Shown piece after piece: positions 26,084 to 36,275 of a DNA stretch of 54,507 bases. The stretch's first letter is position 1, and each line of letters begins with the position of its first letter. The stretch comes from an uncultured Verrucomicrobiota bacterium (GTDB taxonomy: Bacteria > Verrucomicrobiota > Kiritimatiellia > RFP12 > UBA1067). The position numbers and the translations under genes are program-made. The notes beneath the pieces were generated by a model. That model worked only from the letters and a program-made list of their open reading frames with translations. It was not told where the DNA came from and searched no databases. The stretch spans positions 1-54,507 of the forward strand of contig CAMORM010000003.1 of the NCBI GenBank assembly GCA_946623785.1. The letters run 5' to 3'.

Positions 26084-27278
26084 ACTCGTTCGAGAAGTCG
26101 CATGTGTAGATTTCCGACTCCCCCTTGCCGAGATGGAGATCGACCGTCACGACGAGCTCGCCGCCCTTAAGAACCTCTGCGAGCTTCTCAAGCTGCTTCG
26201 CGTCGGCAACCTGTCCCCTGCGGTACGCCCATTCGGAACCATAGAAGACCTCGGCCTTCGTGTCGTCGACCATCGCGCCGGAATAGCCCGCCGCAGCCAT
26301 AACGCGCCCCCAGTTGGGGTCGCGTCCGTACCAGCTTGTCTTGGCGAGCGGAGACTTCGCGATCGCGCGCGCTGCGCGAGCGGCGTCCGCGTCTGTCTTT
26401 GCGCCCTTCACGCGGACAGTCACGAACTTCGTCGCGCCTTCGCCGTCAGCGGCCATCTGCTTCGCGAGCGAAACGCCCACTGCGGAAAGCGCCGCAGCAA
26501 AAGCGTCGAAATCAGCTCCGCCCTTGCGGATCTCCTCGTTGCCAGCAGCGCCGGACGCGAGGAGGAACACGGAGTCGTTCGTGGATTCATCGCCGTCGAC
26601 CACAACCCTGTTGAACGACTTCGCGATCGCGATCTTAAGCGCGCGCTTGAGCATCGCCGGCGAAACAGCCGCGTCTGTCGTGATGAAGCCGAGCATCGTC
26701 GCCATGTTGGGCTCGATCATGCCCGAGCCCTTGCACATTCCGCCGACCGTCACCTGCTTGCCGCCGATCCTGCAGCGGAAAGCGGCTTGCTTGACCTTCG
26801 TGTCGGTCGTCATGATTGCATGGGCGGCATCGAGCCCGGCCTGCTGCGTTGCCGCGAGCCTGCCTGCCGCGGCCTCGATGCCCTTGGCGAGGCGGTCGAG
26901 CGGAAGCGGCGCTCCGATTACGCCTGTTGACGCAACAAGGACGTGCTTCGGGTCTATACCAAGCGCCAGTGCAACGGCGAGCGCCGAGGCCTTGGCGTCG
27001 GCAAGCCCCTTCGAGCCGGTACACGCGTTGGCGCATCCGGAGTTCGCGACGATCGCCTGGATGCGTCCGGCCTTTACCGCCATGCGGTCGTACTGCACCG
27101 GAGCGGCTGCTACGGCGTTCGTGGTGAACACCGCTGCCGCGGCAGCGGGCCTGTCGGCCACGAGAAGCGCTACGTCGAGACGGCCCTTGTACTTGATGGC
27201 CGCGGGAACGCCCGCGGCGCGGAACCCCTTTGCGGCGGTCACTCCGCCGTCAACGCTTTTCAATCGGAACGTATTCAT
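26052..27278 (-). CDS. argJ: Bifunctional ornithine acetyltransferase/N-acetylglutamate synthase
   Basis: NSGCANACTG, STGVIG, AIMTTDT, KGSGMIEPNMATML, DGDESTND, DGEGATK, ends INADYTT. Confidence 0.97.
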   Translation of the reverse strand: MNTFRLKSVDGGVTAAKGFRAAGVPAAIKYKGRLDVALLVADRPAAAAAVFTTNAVAAAPVQYDRMAVKAGRIQAIVANSGCANACTGSKGLADAKASALAVALALGIDPKHVLVASTGVIGAPLPLDRLAKGIEAAAGRLAATQQAGLDAAHAIMTTDTKVKQAAFRCRIGGKQVTVGGMCKGSGMIEPNMATMLGFITTDAAVSPAMLKRALKIAIAKSFNRVVVDGDESTNDSVFLLASGAAGNEEIRKGGADFDAFAAALSAVGVSLAKQMAADGEGATKFVTVRVKGAKTDADAARAARAIAKSPLAKTSWYGRDPNWGRVMAAAGYSGAMVDDTKAEVFYGSEWAYRRGQVADAKQLEKLAEVLKGGELVVTVDLHLGKGESEIYTCDFSNEYVHINADYTT

Positions 27279-28596
27279 GGTGCTTTCTCACGCTCTTGTA
27301 CGCGGGACGGATGATCGGACCGGAATTGATGAGCTCTTCCATCCTGTGCGCGCACCAACCGACAACGCGGCCAACCGCAAAGAGCGGGGTGTACAGGTCC
27401 GTTGGGATGTTGAGCATGTCGTAGACGAAGCCGGAATACAGGTCGACGTTCGCGCACAGGTCGCGACGGTGTCCCTTCACCTTCTCGAACACCTCGGGCG
27501 TGAGGCGCTCGACCGCGTCGAGCAGGTTGAACTCGTCCATGCGGTTCTTCTCTCGCGCGAGCTGCTGCGCCTTCGCCTTGAGCATAACGGCGCGGGGATC
27601 GGAGAGCGTGTATACGGCGTGGCCCATGCCATAGACGAGGCCCGTGCCGTCGCCCGCCTCCTTCTTGAAGATCTTCTCGATGTAGTCCGCCACCTCGCCC
27701 TGGTCAGACCAGTCCTTGACGTTCGCCTTCATCTCCTGCATCTGGCGCTGCACGCGGAGGTTCGCTCCGCCGTGGCGAGAGCCCTTGAGCGCGAGAGTCG
27801 CCGCGGCCACGCTGGAGTACGTGTCGGTGAACGACGAGGTGACGACGTGCGTGGTGAAGGACGAGTTGTTGCCGCCGCCGTGCTCGGCGTGGAGGATCAG
27901 CGAGAGGTCGAGGAGCTCGGCCTCCAGCTGCGTGTACTTGCCGTCCTCGCGGATGAGAGTGAGGAAGTTCTCCGCCGTGCCCTTCGTGGAGTCGGGGAAG
28001 CGGATCATGAGCGCCTTGCCGAGGTGGTAGTGCGCCTTCGCCTGGTAGGCGTACGCGGCGATGGTCGGGAACCCCGCGATGAGCTCGACGCTCTGGCGGA
28101 GGCACGTCTCGATGTCGAGAAGGTCCGGCGCGCTGTCGTACGTGTAGCTCATGAGGACCGCGCGGGCGATGGAGTTCATTATGTCCTTGCCCGGCGAGCG
28201 GATTATGGCGTTCTCCTTGAAGCCGTCCGGCAGGCGGCGGTACTCGGCGAGGAGCGCCTCCCAGTCGGCGAGCTCGGCCTTGGACGGAAGCCGTCCGAAC
28301 AGAAGCAGGTAGGCCGTCTCCTCGAAGCCGAAGCGCTTCTCCCGTTCGCACGCGGCCACGATGTCGTAGACATCGACACCACGGTAGAACAGCTGGCCGG
28401 GAACAGACACCTTCTCGGACTCGGACACCATGTAGCCGTGTACGCTTCCGATCGAGGTGAGCCCCACGAGAACGCCAGTGCCGTCCTCGTTGCGGAGCCC
28501 CCGCTTAACGTTGTACTTCTTGTAGCATGCAGGGTCGATCCAGTCCGCCTCGCGGATTGAATCGGCCTGCGTCTTCAGCCATGCGGGGTCTATCAT
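27250..28596 (-). CDS. gltA: Citrate synthase (anaerobe type)
   Basis: KRGLRNEDGTGVLVGLT, LHAEHGGGNNS, HGGAN, GMGHAVYTLSDPR, ANVDLYSG. Confidence 0.93.
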   Translation of the reverse strand: MIDPAWLKTQADSIREADWIDPACYKKYNVKRGLRNEDGTGVLVGLTSIGSVHGYMVSESEKVSVPGQLFYRGVDVYDIVAACEREKRFGFEETAYLLLFGRLPSKAELADWEALLAEYRRLPDGFKENAIIRSPGKDIMNSIARAVLMSYTYDSAPDLLDIETCLRQSVELIAGFPTIAAYAYQAKAHYHLGKALMIRFPDSTKGTAENFLTLIREDGKYTQLEAELLDLSLILHAEHGGGNNSSFTTHVVTSSFTDTYSSVAAATLALKGSRHGGANLRVQRQMQEMKANVKDWSDQGEVADYIEKIFKKEAGDGTGLVYGMGHAVYTLSDPRAVMLKAKAQQLAREKNRMDEFNLLDAVERLTPEVFEKVKGHRRDLCANVDLYSGFVYDMLNIPTDLYTPLFAVGRVVGWCAHRMEELINSGPIIRPAYKSVRKHHEYVPIEKR

Positions 28597-28618
28597 CTCT
28601 TGTGCCGTTCCCTATCCC

Positions 28619-28641
28619 AAAAAAACAGCCTTCCCAAGCTA
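28619..28641 (-). terminator. Possible intrinsic terminator after V-ATPase K
   Basis: Minus strand tagctt-ggga-aggctg, a short stem with GNRA loop followed by T7. Confidence 0.4.
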
Positions 28642-29142
28642 TCAGTGTATCCAGCCGAGCGCAATGAGCGTGAACACCATCGTGAAGATGGCCACGGTCT
28701 CGACGATGCCGAGGGCTGAAAGATAGTTGGTGAAGCCCTGGCCGGTCTCGGCCTGGGCGTCGCAGGAAGCCGCGCCGGCGCGTCCCTGGAAGAGCGCCGA
28801 GAGGCCGATGCCGAGTCCGGCGAAGATCCCGAGCACGAGGCAGGGGATGCCAGCGCCGGTTGCCACGAGCGGCTTGATGCCGGTGATCACGCCTTCTGCG
28901 TCCTTGATGAACTCGACCTTGCCGAGCATGATGAACATGAGGATCATTCCGTAGAGGGTCTGCGTGATCGGCGCGCCGACGAACGAGAGGAGAAGGAACG
29001 GCGCCGGCTTGTTGGCCGCGTAGCACTTCTTCCAGGCTCCGACGGCCGCGGAGGCGGCGAAACCCGTTCCGAACGCGGAACCCGCGGCGGAAAGACCAAG
29101 GCAGGCGATCGCGCCGGCCACTATCATGTATGCGTCAGTCAT
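28642..29142 (-). CDS. atpK: V/A-type ATP synthase subunit K (proteolipid)
   Basis: Four TM helices; GSAFGTG, APITQTLYG, SALFQG, GIVETVAIF. Confidence 0.93.
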   Translation of the reverse strand: MTDAYMIVAGAIACLGLSAAGSAFGTGFAASAAVGAWKKCYAANKPAPFLLLSFVGAPITQTLYGMILMFIMLGKVEFIKDAEGVITGIKPLVATGAGIPCLVLGIFAGLGIGLSALFQGRAGAASCDAQAETGQGFTNYLSALGIVETVAIFTMVFTLIALGWIH

Positions 29143-29188
29143 TTTTGTTTGCTCCTTCTTTTAAGTTCACTGTCTTGTTGTCTGCCGG

Positions 29189-31006
29189 TCAGTGTTTCCT
29201 GAACGGGCTGAAAGCGGATCCAGACCACGTAACGCCCTTGTGGTTCGAGAACTCAAGCGTATTGAGGCGCACGGCGTGCACCAGGATGGAAAGCCCCGCC
29301 ATCGCGAAGTTAAGTGCATGGCCGATGAGCAGTATCAGGACCGTGCCGACTGCCATCAGCGCATTGGCCCACCAGGCGTTGTCAGAAGAAACGAGTCCAA
29401 GCGCCATGTCGTTGAAGTTCTGGGCGACCTTGACGGATGCAAGCCCCACAGCAAAGAGCCTGACATAGGATATGATGTCGCCAAGCGTACTCATCACGTT
29501 GAGCGGCAACATGCCGAGCTCCGCACCCCGGGTCTTCAGCTGAGACGGCTTCACCGTAAAGAGGAACACGAGCGCAAGCGAAACATAGAAGACGGGGAAC
29601 ATGAACTTCGGTATGGCAGGCATGATGCCGACGATCGAGTTCGTGACAAAGTACATGAACAGGAGCACGCCAGCCCATCCAAGCTCCGCAAGGCAGGTGG
29701 AGTCGTTGATGCGGCACACGGCGCTCCATATTCTCGCGATCATCAGGTGCGACACGCCTATTGTGAAGCACAGGAACATCATGTTGTGGTAGCTCGGGTC
29801 GCCAAGCCACTTCACGGTGGGCCATTCTGCCGCAAACGGGAGGCCGACACCGAACCAGGTGTTGGAGAGCACCCCCCAGACAACCGTAGCCACCGAGAAC
29901 ACGGTGAGCAGCGTGAGCCAGCTCCTGACCACGACAGGACGGTGCCCTTCGGCCGGACGCGTCTTCCACCAGCCGAACAGCGTTGCCACCAGGATTATCG
30001 CGCCGTACCCTCCGTCTCCGACGAGCATCGCGAAGAAGACCGAGAAATAGCACATGAACGGGACCGAAACATCCGTCTCATTGTATGCGGGGGCGATTCC
30101 CAGCGCGTCGAAAAGCGCACGCACGGGGCGGAACAGCTTCGGGGGCGTTATGAGGACAGGCGGCTGCTCGCCCGGCTCCGGGTCGCGCAGGTCGAGCCCC
30201 CACGACTCGGTGACGGCCTTCGCGCGGAGCGAAGGCACGCGGTCCGCCGGCACCCAGCCCTGTATCCAGGCGACCTTCCCGGTGCTCGAGAGGGACTCCT
30301 CGGCAGCGGCGAACTCTATGCGGTCCTTGAGGCCGGGGAACATCGCCTCGATCTGGTCGGCGCGCGTGCCTGCGGCCGCAAGGGAGTCCTCGAGCCGGGC
30401 GACCTTGGCAAGGGCCTCGGCGAGGCGGCGGCTCGTCTCGCAGAGCGGCTCCCTCGGCGCGGGAACCACGTCCAGCCCGGGCGCGGGGCTGGGCCTGCCT
30501 CCGACAACGGCGAGGTAGCGAGTCTTGCCGGAACGCCCGAGCTCGACAACATGCGCATCTCCGAAATCAATGTCGCGGAGCGTCGTCTTCACGAGGGTTG
30601 TGGCAAGCCCCGTCTCCTTCTCGACCTTCGCCGCCAGCGCGGGGTCGAAGTCTCCGAAAGGCCCGTAGGTGCGGATGACGCCCTCAAGCGACTGCGCTTC
30701 GGACTCGGCCTCCGCGCGCTGTGCGTCTAGCTTGAGTATTTCGTCGACAAGCTGCTTCTTCGGGCAGTCGAAGTCGAGTCCCGCGGGCTTTCCCCCGCAC
30801 TCCTTCTGCCTTTCCGCGGCGGCCTTGAGCGCTATGCGCACTGCGCGCTCGGCCCGCTCGAGGTCCGCCTTGCCGGCGGCGAAATCCGCGCCGGAGGCTT
30901 TCGAGAGGTCCAGCTCCACGAACCCGAAGTCGCGCAGCAGCACAAGCGTGCGGTCGCGCTCCGAATCCATGCAGAGGAGCGTGAGGCGCTTCATCTTCGC
31001 TATCAT
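29189..31006 (-). CDS. atpI: V/A-type ATP synthase subunit I
   Basis: Start MIAKMKRLTLL (ATGA overlap with subunit D); PAYNETD, FFAMLVGDGGYG, DIISYVRLFAVG, HAVRLNTLEF. Confidence 0.94.
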   Translation of the reverse strand: MIAKMKRLTLLCMDSERDRTLVLLRDFGFVELDLSKASGADFAAGKADLERAERAVRIALKAAAERQKECGGKPAGLDFDCPKKQLVDEILKLDAQRAEAESEAQSLEGVIRTYGPFGDFDPALAAKVEKETGLATTLVKTTLRDIDFGDAHVVELGRSGKTRYLAVVGGRPSPAPGLDVVPAPREPLCETSRRLAEALAKVARLEDSLAAAGTRADQIEAMFPGLKDRIEFAAAEESLSSTGKVAWIQGWVPADRVPSLRAKAVTESWGLDLRDPEPGEQPPVLITPPKLFRPVRALFDALGIAPAYNETDVSVPFMCYFSVFFAMLVGDGGYGAIILVATLFGWWKTRPAEGHRPVVVRSWLTLLTVFSVATVVWGVLSNTWFGVGLPFAAEWPTVKWLGDPSYHNMMFLCFTIGVSHLMIARIWSAVCRINDSTCLAELGWAGVLLFMYFVTNSIVGIMPAIPKFMFPVFYVSLALVFLFTVKPSQLKTRGAELGMLPLNVMSTLGDIISYVRLFAVGLASVKVAQNFNDMALGLVSSDNAWWANALMAVGTVLILLIGHALNFAMAGLSILVHAVRLNTLEFSNHKGVTWSGSAFSPFRKH

Positions 31007-31623
31007 GCCGCCTCCCCCTTTCCGCCTCCCGACTCCGGCACGCGGGACTTTGCAATCTTGCCGCGCGTCACGGACGCGGTCTGTTCGTCGCCTATCGCGA
31101 TCTTGATTACGCGTATCGCCTCGCGGCACGCCGGTATCTTGACCTTCTCGAAGAGGTTCACGCGCTGGGACGTCGTAACAAGCTCCGCCGTTATGAGGTC
31201 GCGCTGGCGCTCGAGGGTCTCGCGCTCCTTGCGGAGGGAGAGGATCGCCGTAACGGCCCTCACGGCGTCGTCAACCCATGCGGGCGTCGAGAAAAGGTCT
31301 ATGTCCTTCACCTCGGTGTCGATGGACTCGAAGACCGGTATCTTCACCCCGGCGATGTTCGCCTCCGAAACACGCACGCCCTTCACCGACACAAGGCCGG
31401 AAAGCATCTCTCCGGAACCGGCGAAGAGGCCGACCCACGAATCAAGCTTGACGCGCGCCTCGCGCTCGCGTGCCGCAACGGCCTCGGCTTTCGCGACAAT
31501 GCCGGCGATCTCAGCCTGGAGCTGCTGCTTCTTCAGCTGGAGCATTGGCAGAAAGCGGCTGTAACGCTTCAAAGCGTCCGTCTGCGCCTTCAACTCCGTC
31601 TTTGTCAACTTGATCTTTGCCAT
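31003..31623 (-). CDS. V/A-type ATP synthase subunit D
   Basis: KIKLTKTELK...RFLPMLQLKKQQLQ, NIAGVKIP, TTSQRVNLFEKVKIP. Confidence 0.94.
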   Translation of the reverse strand: MAKIKLTKTELKAQTDALKRYSRFLPMLQLKKQQLQAEIAGIVAKAEAVAAREREARVKLDSWVGLFAGSGEMLSGLVSVKGVRVSEANIAGVKIPVFESIDTEVKDIDLFSTPAWVDDAVRAVTAILSLRKERETLERQRDLITAELVTTSQRVNLFEKVKIPACREAIRVIKIAIGDEQTASVTRGKIAKSRVPESGGGKGEAA

Positions 31624-31656
31624 CTAGCCGATTCGTCCTTGAAAAATACGGGTAAT

Positions 31657-31685
31657 ATTATACTCTTTCCCGCGCCAAAAGGCAA
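31657..31685 (-). promoter_or_regulatory. Sigma70-type promoter TTGCCT-N17-TATAAT of the D-I-K operon
   Basis: Minus strand TTGCCTtttggcgcgggaaagagTATAAT. Confidence 0.6.
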
Positions 31686-31705
31686 ACATAATGGTAGAAA
31701 CACTG

Positions 31706-33106
31706 CTATTCCTGCCGGAACTTTGAGACAATGCCGAGAACGAAGACGAGAAGGACTGCCAATGGCAGGACATAGGCGCAGTAGAAGCGGACCGCATCGG
31801 CGGCAAAAGAGCGGCCATCAGGGATCTTCAGGCCATTGCCCTCGTTTGCCTCCTCCACGAACCCCTTCCACCCCCAGCCGAAGCGGTGGCTGCAGTAAAG
31901 CGCGAACGCGCCCCCGCCGAGAGGCAGGAGGAGGTTCGACACAACGAAGTCCTCAAGGTCGAGCACGCATGAGCCCTCGCCGAAAGGACGGAACGCGCTC
32001 CAGACGTTGAATCCGAGAACGCACGGAAACGAAAGCACGGACACACCAAGGCCGGTGACGACCCCCGCCTTCCGCCGGTTCCACCCGAAGCGTTCCATGA
32101 GACAGGCGAGTATCGCCTCGAAAACGGCAATGACCGTCGTCAGCGCGGCAAAGCACATGAACAGGAAGAAGAGCGAGCCCCAGAGGCGCCCGAACGGCAT
32201 GTGTAGAAAAACGTTCGGAAGCGTCGCAAATATGAGGCCCGTGCCATGGCCGGGGTTCACGCCGTACGCGAAGCACGCGGGGATGACGATCAGCCCTGCC
32301 GAGATCGCCACCAGTGTGTCGAGCAAGCCGACGTGCAGTCCCTCCCCGAGAAGGGAGCGCTCGCGCCCTATGTAGCTTCCGAAGACAAGCATCGACCCGA
32401 CGCCGAGCGAAAGCGTGAAGAACGCCTGGTTCATCGCCGCCGCAACGACCTTCGCCACCCCGACAGTCCGCACCCGCCCGAAATCCGGCATGAGGAAGAA
32501 CTTCACTCCGGCACCGCCCGTGTTCTTTGCGTCGAGCACAATGCTGTTTGCCGCAAGCACGACTATGAGCGCAAGCAGGCAGAGCATCATCCACTTCGTT
32601 ACGCGCTCTACGCCCCGCTGAAGCCCGACCGAACACACGGCTGCGGAAACGAGCGTGACCGCCAGCATTGCAACCGACATGGAGAGCGGGTCGGCGAGCA
32701 TCTTCGAGAACTCCGCGCCAACGGACTCGGCCGTCATGCCGCCGAACACGCCAAGCGCGGACTTCACGAAGTAGATGCACATCCAGCCCGTCACTGTCGT
32801 GTAGAACATCATGAGCATCGTGCAGCCGAAAAGCCCTGCCGCGCCATGGATCCGCCACAGCGGCTTCTCCGGCGTGATCGTCTCGTGGGAGCGCACGATC
32901 GACCGCTGCGAGGCTCGTCCGACGGCAAACTCCATCACGAGCACCGGGAGGCCTATCAGCAGGAGGCACACAAGGTATATGGCCACAAACCAGCCGCCGC
33001 CGTTCTGCCCGGCCATGAAGGGAAAGCGCCAGACGTTCCCGAGGCCTATGGCGCTGCCGGCCGAAAGGAATATGAACCCGAGCCTGCTTGCAAACTTCTC
33101 TCGCAT
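31706..33106 (-). CDS. Sodium-dependent transporter (NSS/SNF family)
   Basis: REKFASRLGFIFLSAGSAIGLGNVWRFP, QAFFTLSLG, FATLPNVF. Confidence 0.93.
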   Translation of the reverse strand: MREKFASRLGFIFLSAGSAIGLGNVWRFPFMAGQNGGGWFVAIYLVCLLLIGLPVLVMEFAVGRASQRSIVRSHETITPEKPLWRIHGAAGLFGCTMLMMFYTTVTGWMCIYFVKSALGVFGGMTAESVGAEFSKMLADPLSMSVAMLAVTLVSAAVCSVGLQRGVERVTKWMMLCLLALIVVLAANSIVLDAKNTGGAGVKFFLMPDFGRVRTVGVAKVVAAAMNQAFFTLSLGVGSMLVFGSYIGRERSLLGEGLHVGLLDTLVAISAGLIVIPACFAYGVNPGHGTGLIFATLPNVFLHMPFGRLWGSLFFLFMCFAALTTVIAVFEAILACLMERFGWNRRKAGVVTGLGVSVLSFPCVLGFNVWSAFRPFGEGSCVLDLEDFVVSNLLLPLGGGAFALYCSHRFGWGWKGFVEEANEGNGLKIPDGRSFAADAVRFYCAYVLPLAVLLVFVLGIVSKFRQE

Positions 33107-33125
33107 CGGATCCCCCTTCCGCCCT

Positions 33126-33728
33126 TCACCGGCGCGCCGCGATGGCACGGCGCAGCGTCAGCGGATCCGAATACGCTATTCCGGAATCCGCCGGAAGCCC
33201 GAAGGCAAGGCGCGTGACCTTCACTGGCGATTCTACGCTCGGGAATCCGCGCAGCGACTCCTCCACGTATCCAGCAGTCGCGTCGCCCTCCATGTCGGTC
33301 GAGACGGCAAGCACCACTTCCGCAATCGACTCAGCTGCGATCCGCTCCTTGAGCTCGGGCACGCGGAGCTTCTCCGGCCCAACGTGGTGGACCGGCGAGA
33401 GCTTCCCTCCAAGCGAGTGGTAGCGCCCCTTGAAAGCGCCGGAGGACTCGATTGTCACTATGTCCGAGGCATCCTCCACGACGCACAACACGTTTTCGCG
33501 GAGTGGGTTGGAGCACAGGTCGCAGGGATCGCGGTCCTCCGTGGTGAAGCCGCCGCAGCGCGAGCAGCACCGCACGCGGCGCCGAACGTCCGCAAGGGCG
33601 GAAGAAAGCGGGTCGAGCGTTCTGGCGGGCTCGCGCACGAGCGCCATTGCCGCACGCTGCGCGCTGCGCCTCCCGAGACCGGGGAGGCGCGAAAGGACCT
33701 TCACCAGGTTGTCGATCGGCTCAAGCAC
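33126..33728 (-). CDS. recR: Recombination mediator RecR
   Basis: LPGLGRRSAQR, C4 zinc finger, CVVE, YHSLGGKLSP, EGDATA, TRLAFGLP. Confidence 0.96.
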   Translation of the reverse strand: MLEPIDNLVKVLSRLPGLGRRSAQRAAMALVREPARTLDPLSSALADVRRRVRCCSRCGGFTTEDRDPCDLCSNPLRENVLCVVEDASDIVTIESSGAFKGRYHSLGGKLSPVHHVGPEKLRVPELKERIAAESIAEVVLAVSTDMEGDATAGYVEESLRGFPSVESPVKVTRLAFGLPADSGIAYSDPLTLRRAIAARR

Positions 33729-34046
33729 TTATTTCCCGAAGAGCGAACTCGCGCCGCCGGACTGCATCAGCTTCGCCATGTGCTCCTGCGTGGCCTTCTT
33801 CGCGCCCTTGAGCGCGCCGTTGATCACGTTGAAGAGCATGGTCTCGAAGCGCTTCTTGTCGCCCTTGACGATCTCCGCGTAGGTGTCGTCGGAAATCGAG
33901 ATCGACGAAAGCGACATGTCGCCGTTGACGACTGCCTTGATGCCGCCGTTCTCGTACGGAACCGTGATCTTCTCGATCTCCGCCTGGATGCGCTTCGCCT
34001 CGTTGCGCATCTGCATCGCCTGCTTGACCTGGTCGAAAATTCCCAT
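33729..34046 (-). CDS. ybaB: YbaB/EbfC nucleoid-associated protein
   Basis: About 105 aa, GGIKAVVNGDM; canonical position just upstream of recR. Confidence 0.85.
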   Translation of the reverse strand: MGIFDQVKQAMQMRNEAKRIQAEIEKITVPYENGGIKAVVNGDMSLSSISISDDTYAEIVKGDKKRFETMLFNVINGALKGAKKATQEHMAKLMQSGGASSLFGK

Positions 34047-34092
34047 TGTCTGTCCCCTTTTTATTGTTGTGTTCCTGAATGTCCCCGATTGC

Positions 34093-34992
34093 TCAGACGA
34101 GCTTCCGGCCCGAGAGTTCCTCGTAGGCCTTCACGTAGATGTCGTGCGTGCGCGCAATCACGTCCGCCGGGAGTTCCGGCGCCGGCGGCTGGTGGTTGAA
34201 GTGCACAGAGTCGAGCCAGTCGCGCACGAACTGCTTGTCGAGCGACGGCGGATTCGCGCCCACCGCGTAGCTCTCGACCGGCCAGAAGCGCGACGAGTCC
34301 GGCGTGAGGACTTCGTCGGCGAGTATGAGCGAGCCGTCGGCGTCCTTTCCGAACTCGAACTTCGTGTCGGCGATTATGATGCCGTGGCCGCGAGCGTAGT
34401 CGGCGGCGCGCGTGTAGAGCGAAACCGTGGCGTCCCTGAGGGACTTCGCGAGATCTGCGCCGACGAGCTTCTCCGTCTCTGCGTAGCTGATCGCCTCGTC
34501 GTGGTCTCCAATCGCCGCCTTGGTGGTGGGCGTGAACAGGACTTCGTCGAGCTTCGAGGCGTTCTGGTACCCTTCGCGGAGCTTCTGACCGTTCACCGTC
34601 CCCTGCTTCGCGTACTCCTTCCAGCCCGAGCCGGTCAGGTATCCGCGCGCGATGCACTCCACCTCAACCATGTCTACCTTCTTCACGAGCATCGAGCGCC
34701 CGCGCAGGTCGTCCCTGTACGGGAGCAGCGCCTCGGGGTACTCGTCCGCGTTGGCGGTCACGAGGTGGTTCTTCATCCCGAGGAACTCCATCCAGAAGAG
34801 CGAGAGCTGGTTGAGAACCTTGCCCTTCTCCGGCACGCCGTTGGGAAGGATTACGTCGAATGCGCTGATGCGGTCGGTTACGACCATCAGCAGCTTGTCG
34901 CCGAGGTCGAACACGTCGCGGACCTTGCCGCTCTTGGACGGCACGCCCGGGATCGAGCATTCGAGCAGCGCGTGGTTGCTGTCGTATTTCAT
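34093..34992 (-). CDS. purC: SAICAR synthase
   Basis: SGKVRDVF, TDRISAFD, ECIARGYLTGSG, ADTKFEFG, DEVLTPDSSRFW, DKQFVR. Confidence 0.97.
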   Translation of the reverse strand: MKYDSNHALLECSIPGVPSKSGKVRDVFDLGDKLLMVVTDRISAFDVILPNGVPEKGKVLNQLSLFWMEFLGMKNHLVTANADEYPEALLPYRDDLRGRSMLVKKVDMVEVECIARGYLTGSGWKEYAKQGTVNGQKLREGYQNASKLDEVLFTPTTKAAIGDHDEAISYAETEKLVGADLAKSLRDATVSLYTRAADYARGHGIIIADTKFEFGKDADGSLILADEVLTPDSSRFWPVESYAVGANPPSLDKQFVRDWLDSVHFNHQPPAPELPADVIARTHDIYVKAYEELSGRKLV

Positions 34993-35002
34993 TTTGTTTT
35001 CC

Positions 35003-36190
35003 TCACTTGTAAGTGGTCGGGTCCATGCCGGGGCCGAACGGCGACATCCTGCGCAGCTCGGCGATTATCGGCGGAAGCTTCTCGAGGACGTAGTCGACGT
35101 CCTCCATCGTGTTGTAGCGCGAAAGCGAGAACCGCGTGGAGCCGTGCACCGCTATGAACGGCACGCCCATCGCGCGTATCACGTGGCTCGGGTCGAGCGA
35201 TCCCGACGCGCACGCGCTGCCGGTGGAGATGCATATCCCAGCATCCGAGAGCCTGTACGCTATCGCCTCGCCCTCGATGTACTCGAAGCCGACGTTGAGA
35301 GTGTTCGGGAGCCTGTGCGCCCTGTCTCCGTTCACGATCACGTTCGGGCAGCTCGCGAGTATCCCGGCCTCGAGCCTGTCGCGCATCGGCGCGAGCTTGG
35401 CGGCCTCGTCGGCCATCCCGTCGCGCGCGAGCTCGCATGCCCTGGCGATTCCCACGATGTACGGCACGTTCTCCGTGCCCGCGCGGCGCCCGCTCTCCTG
35501 GTGCCCGCCGAGCATGAACGGCTTGAACTTCGTGCCGCGGCGCACGTAGAGGATGCCGATCCCCTTTGGGGCGTGGAACTTGTGTCCGGAAACAGCAAGC
35601 ATGTCGACGGGCACCTTCGTGACGTCGATGTCTACCTTGCCACACGCCTGCACGGCGTCAGTGTGGATGGTCGCGCCAGCCTCCTTGGCTATCTCGGCGA
35701 CCTCCTTGATCGGGAAGACCGTGCCGGTCTCGTTGTTCGCCCACATCACGGACACGACGGCGTCCTTCGTGCCCTTCAGCGTCTCGCGCAGCTGCCCGAG
35801 GTCGATCTGCCCGACATGGTCCACCGGAAGCTCGACCTCCTCGTACCCCTGCGCCTTCAGCCTGCGGCACGGCTGCAGGACCGCGGGATGCTCCACGGCG
35901 GTCGTGACCACCTTCGTCCCGCGGCCGAAGAACTCCGCCGCCCCGCGGATCGCGGTGTTGTCCGACTCCGTTGCGCAGGAGGTGAATATGATCTCGTCCG
36001 GCCTGGCGTGGAAGAATTCGGCCACGCGCTCCCGCGCGTCCTTCACGTACTTCTCGACCTGCCCGCCGAACGCGTGCATCGACGACGGGTTCCCGTAGAG
36101 CTCTCCGAAGAAAGGCATCATCGCCTCGCGCACCTCTGGCGCGACGCATGTCGTGGCGTTGTTGTCGAAATAGACTGTTCTGTTGCTCAT
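35003..36190 (-). CDS. nifS: Cysteine desulfurase (NifS/IscS type)
   Basis: YFDNNATT, GNPSSMH, HTDAVQ, SGHKFHAPKG, STGSACASGSLDPSHV. Confidence 0.95.
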   Translation of the reverse strand: MSNRTVYFDNNATTCVAPEVREAMMPFFGELYGNPSSMHAFGGQVEKYVKDARERVAEFFHARPDEIIFTSCATESDNTAIRGAAEFFGRGTKVVTTAVEHPAVLQPCRRLKAQGYEEVELPVDHVGQIDLGQLRETLKGTKDAVVSVMWANNETGTVFPIKEVAEIAKEAGATIHTDAVQACGKVDIDVTKVPVDMLAVSGHKFHAPKGIGILYVRRGTKFKPFMLGGHQESGRRAGTENVPYIVGIARACELARDGMADEAAKLAPMRDRLEAGILASCPNVIVNGDRAHRLPNTLNVGFEYIEGEAIAYRLSDAGICISTGSACASGSLDPSHVIRAMGVPFIAVHGSTRFSLSRYNTMEDVDYVLEKLPPIIAELRRMSPFGPGMDPTTYK

Positions 36191-36275
36191 GGCACTATGT
36201 TACCCTGTTGGCCGCGTATTCTACCACAAATCCGCGCACCGCGAAACAGGTTTCGTGGTGCTTGGCACGGCGGCG

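Noticed and set aside
26314-28560. 748-aa plus-strand ORF and similar long antisense ORFs (29192..30730, 32811..34199, 34652..36472, 40183..41637)
   Set aside because: Antisense to well-identified genes, with no motifs.
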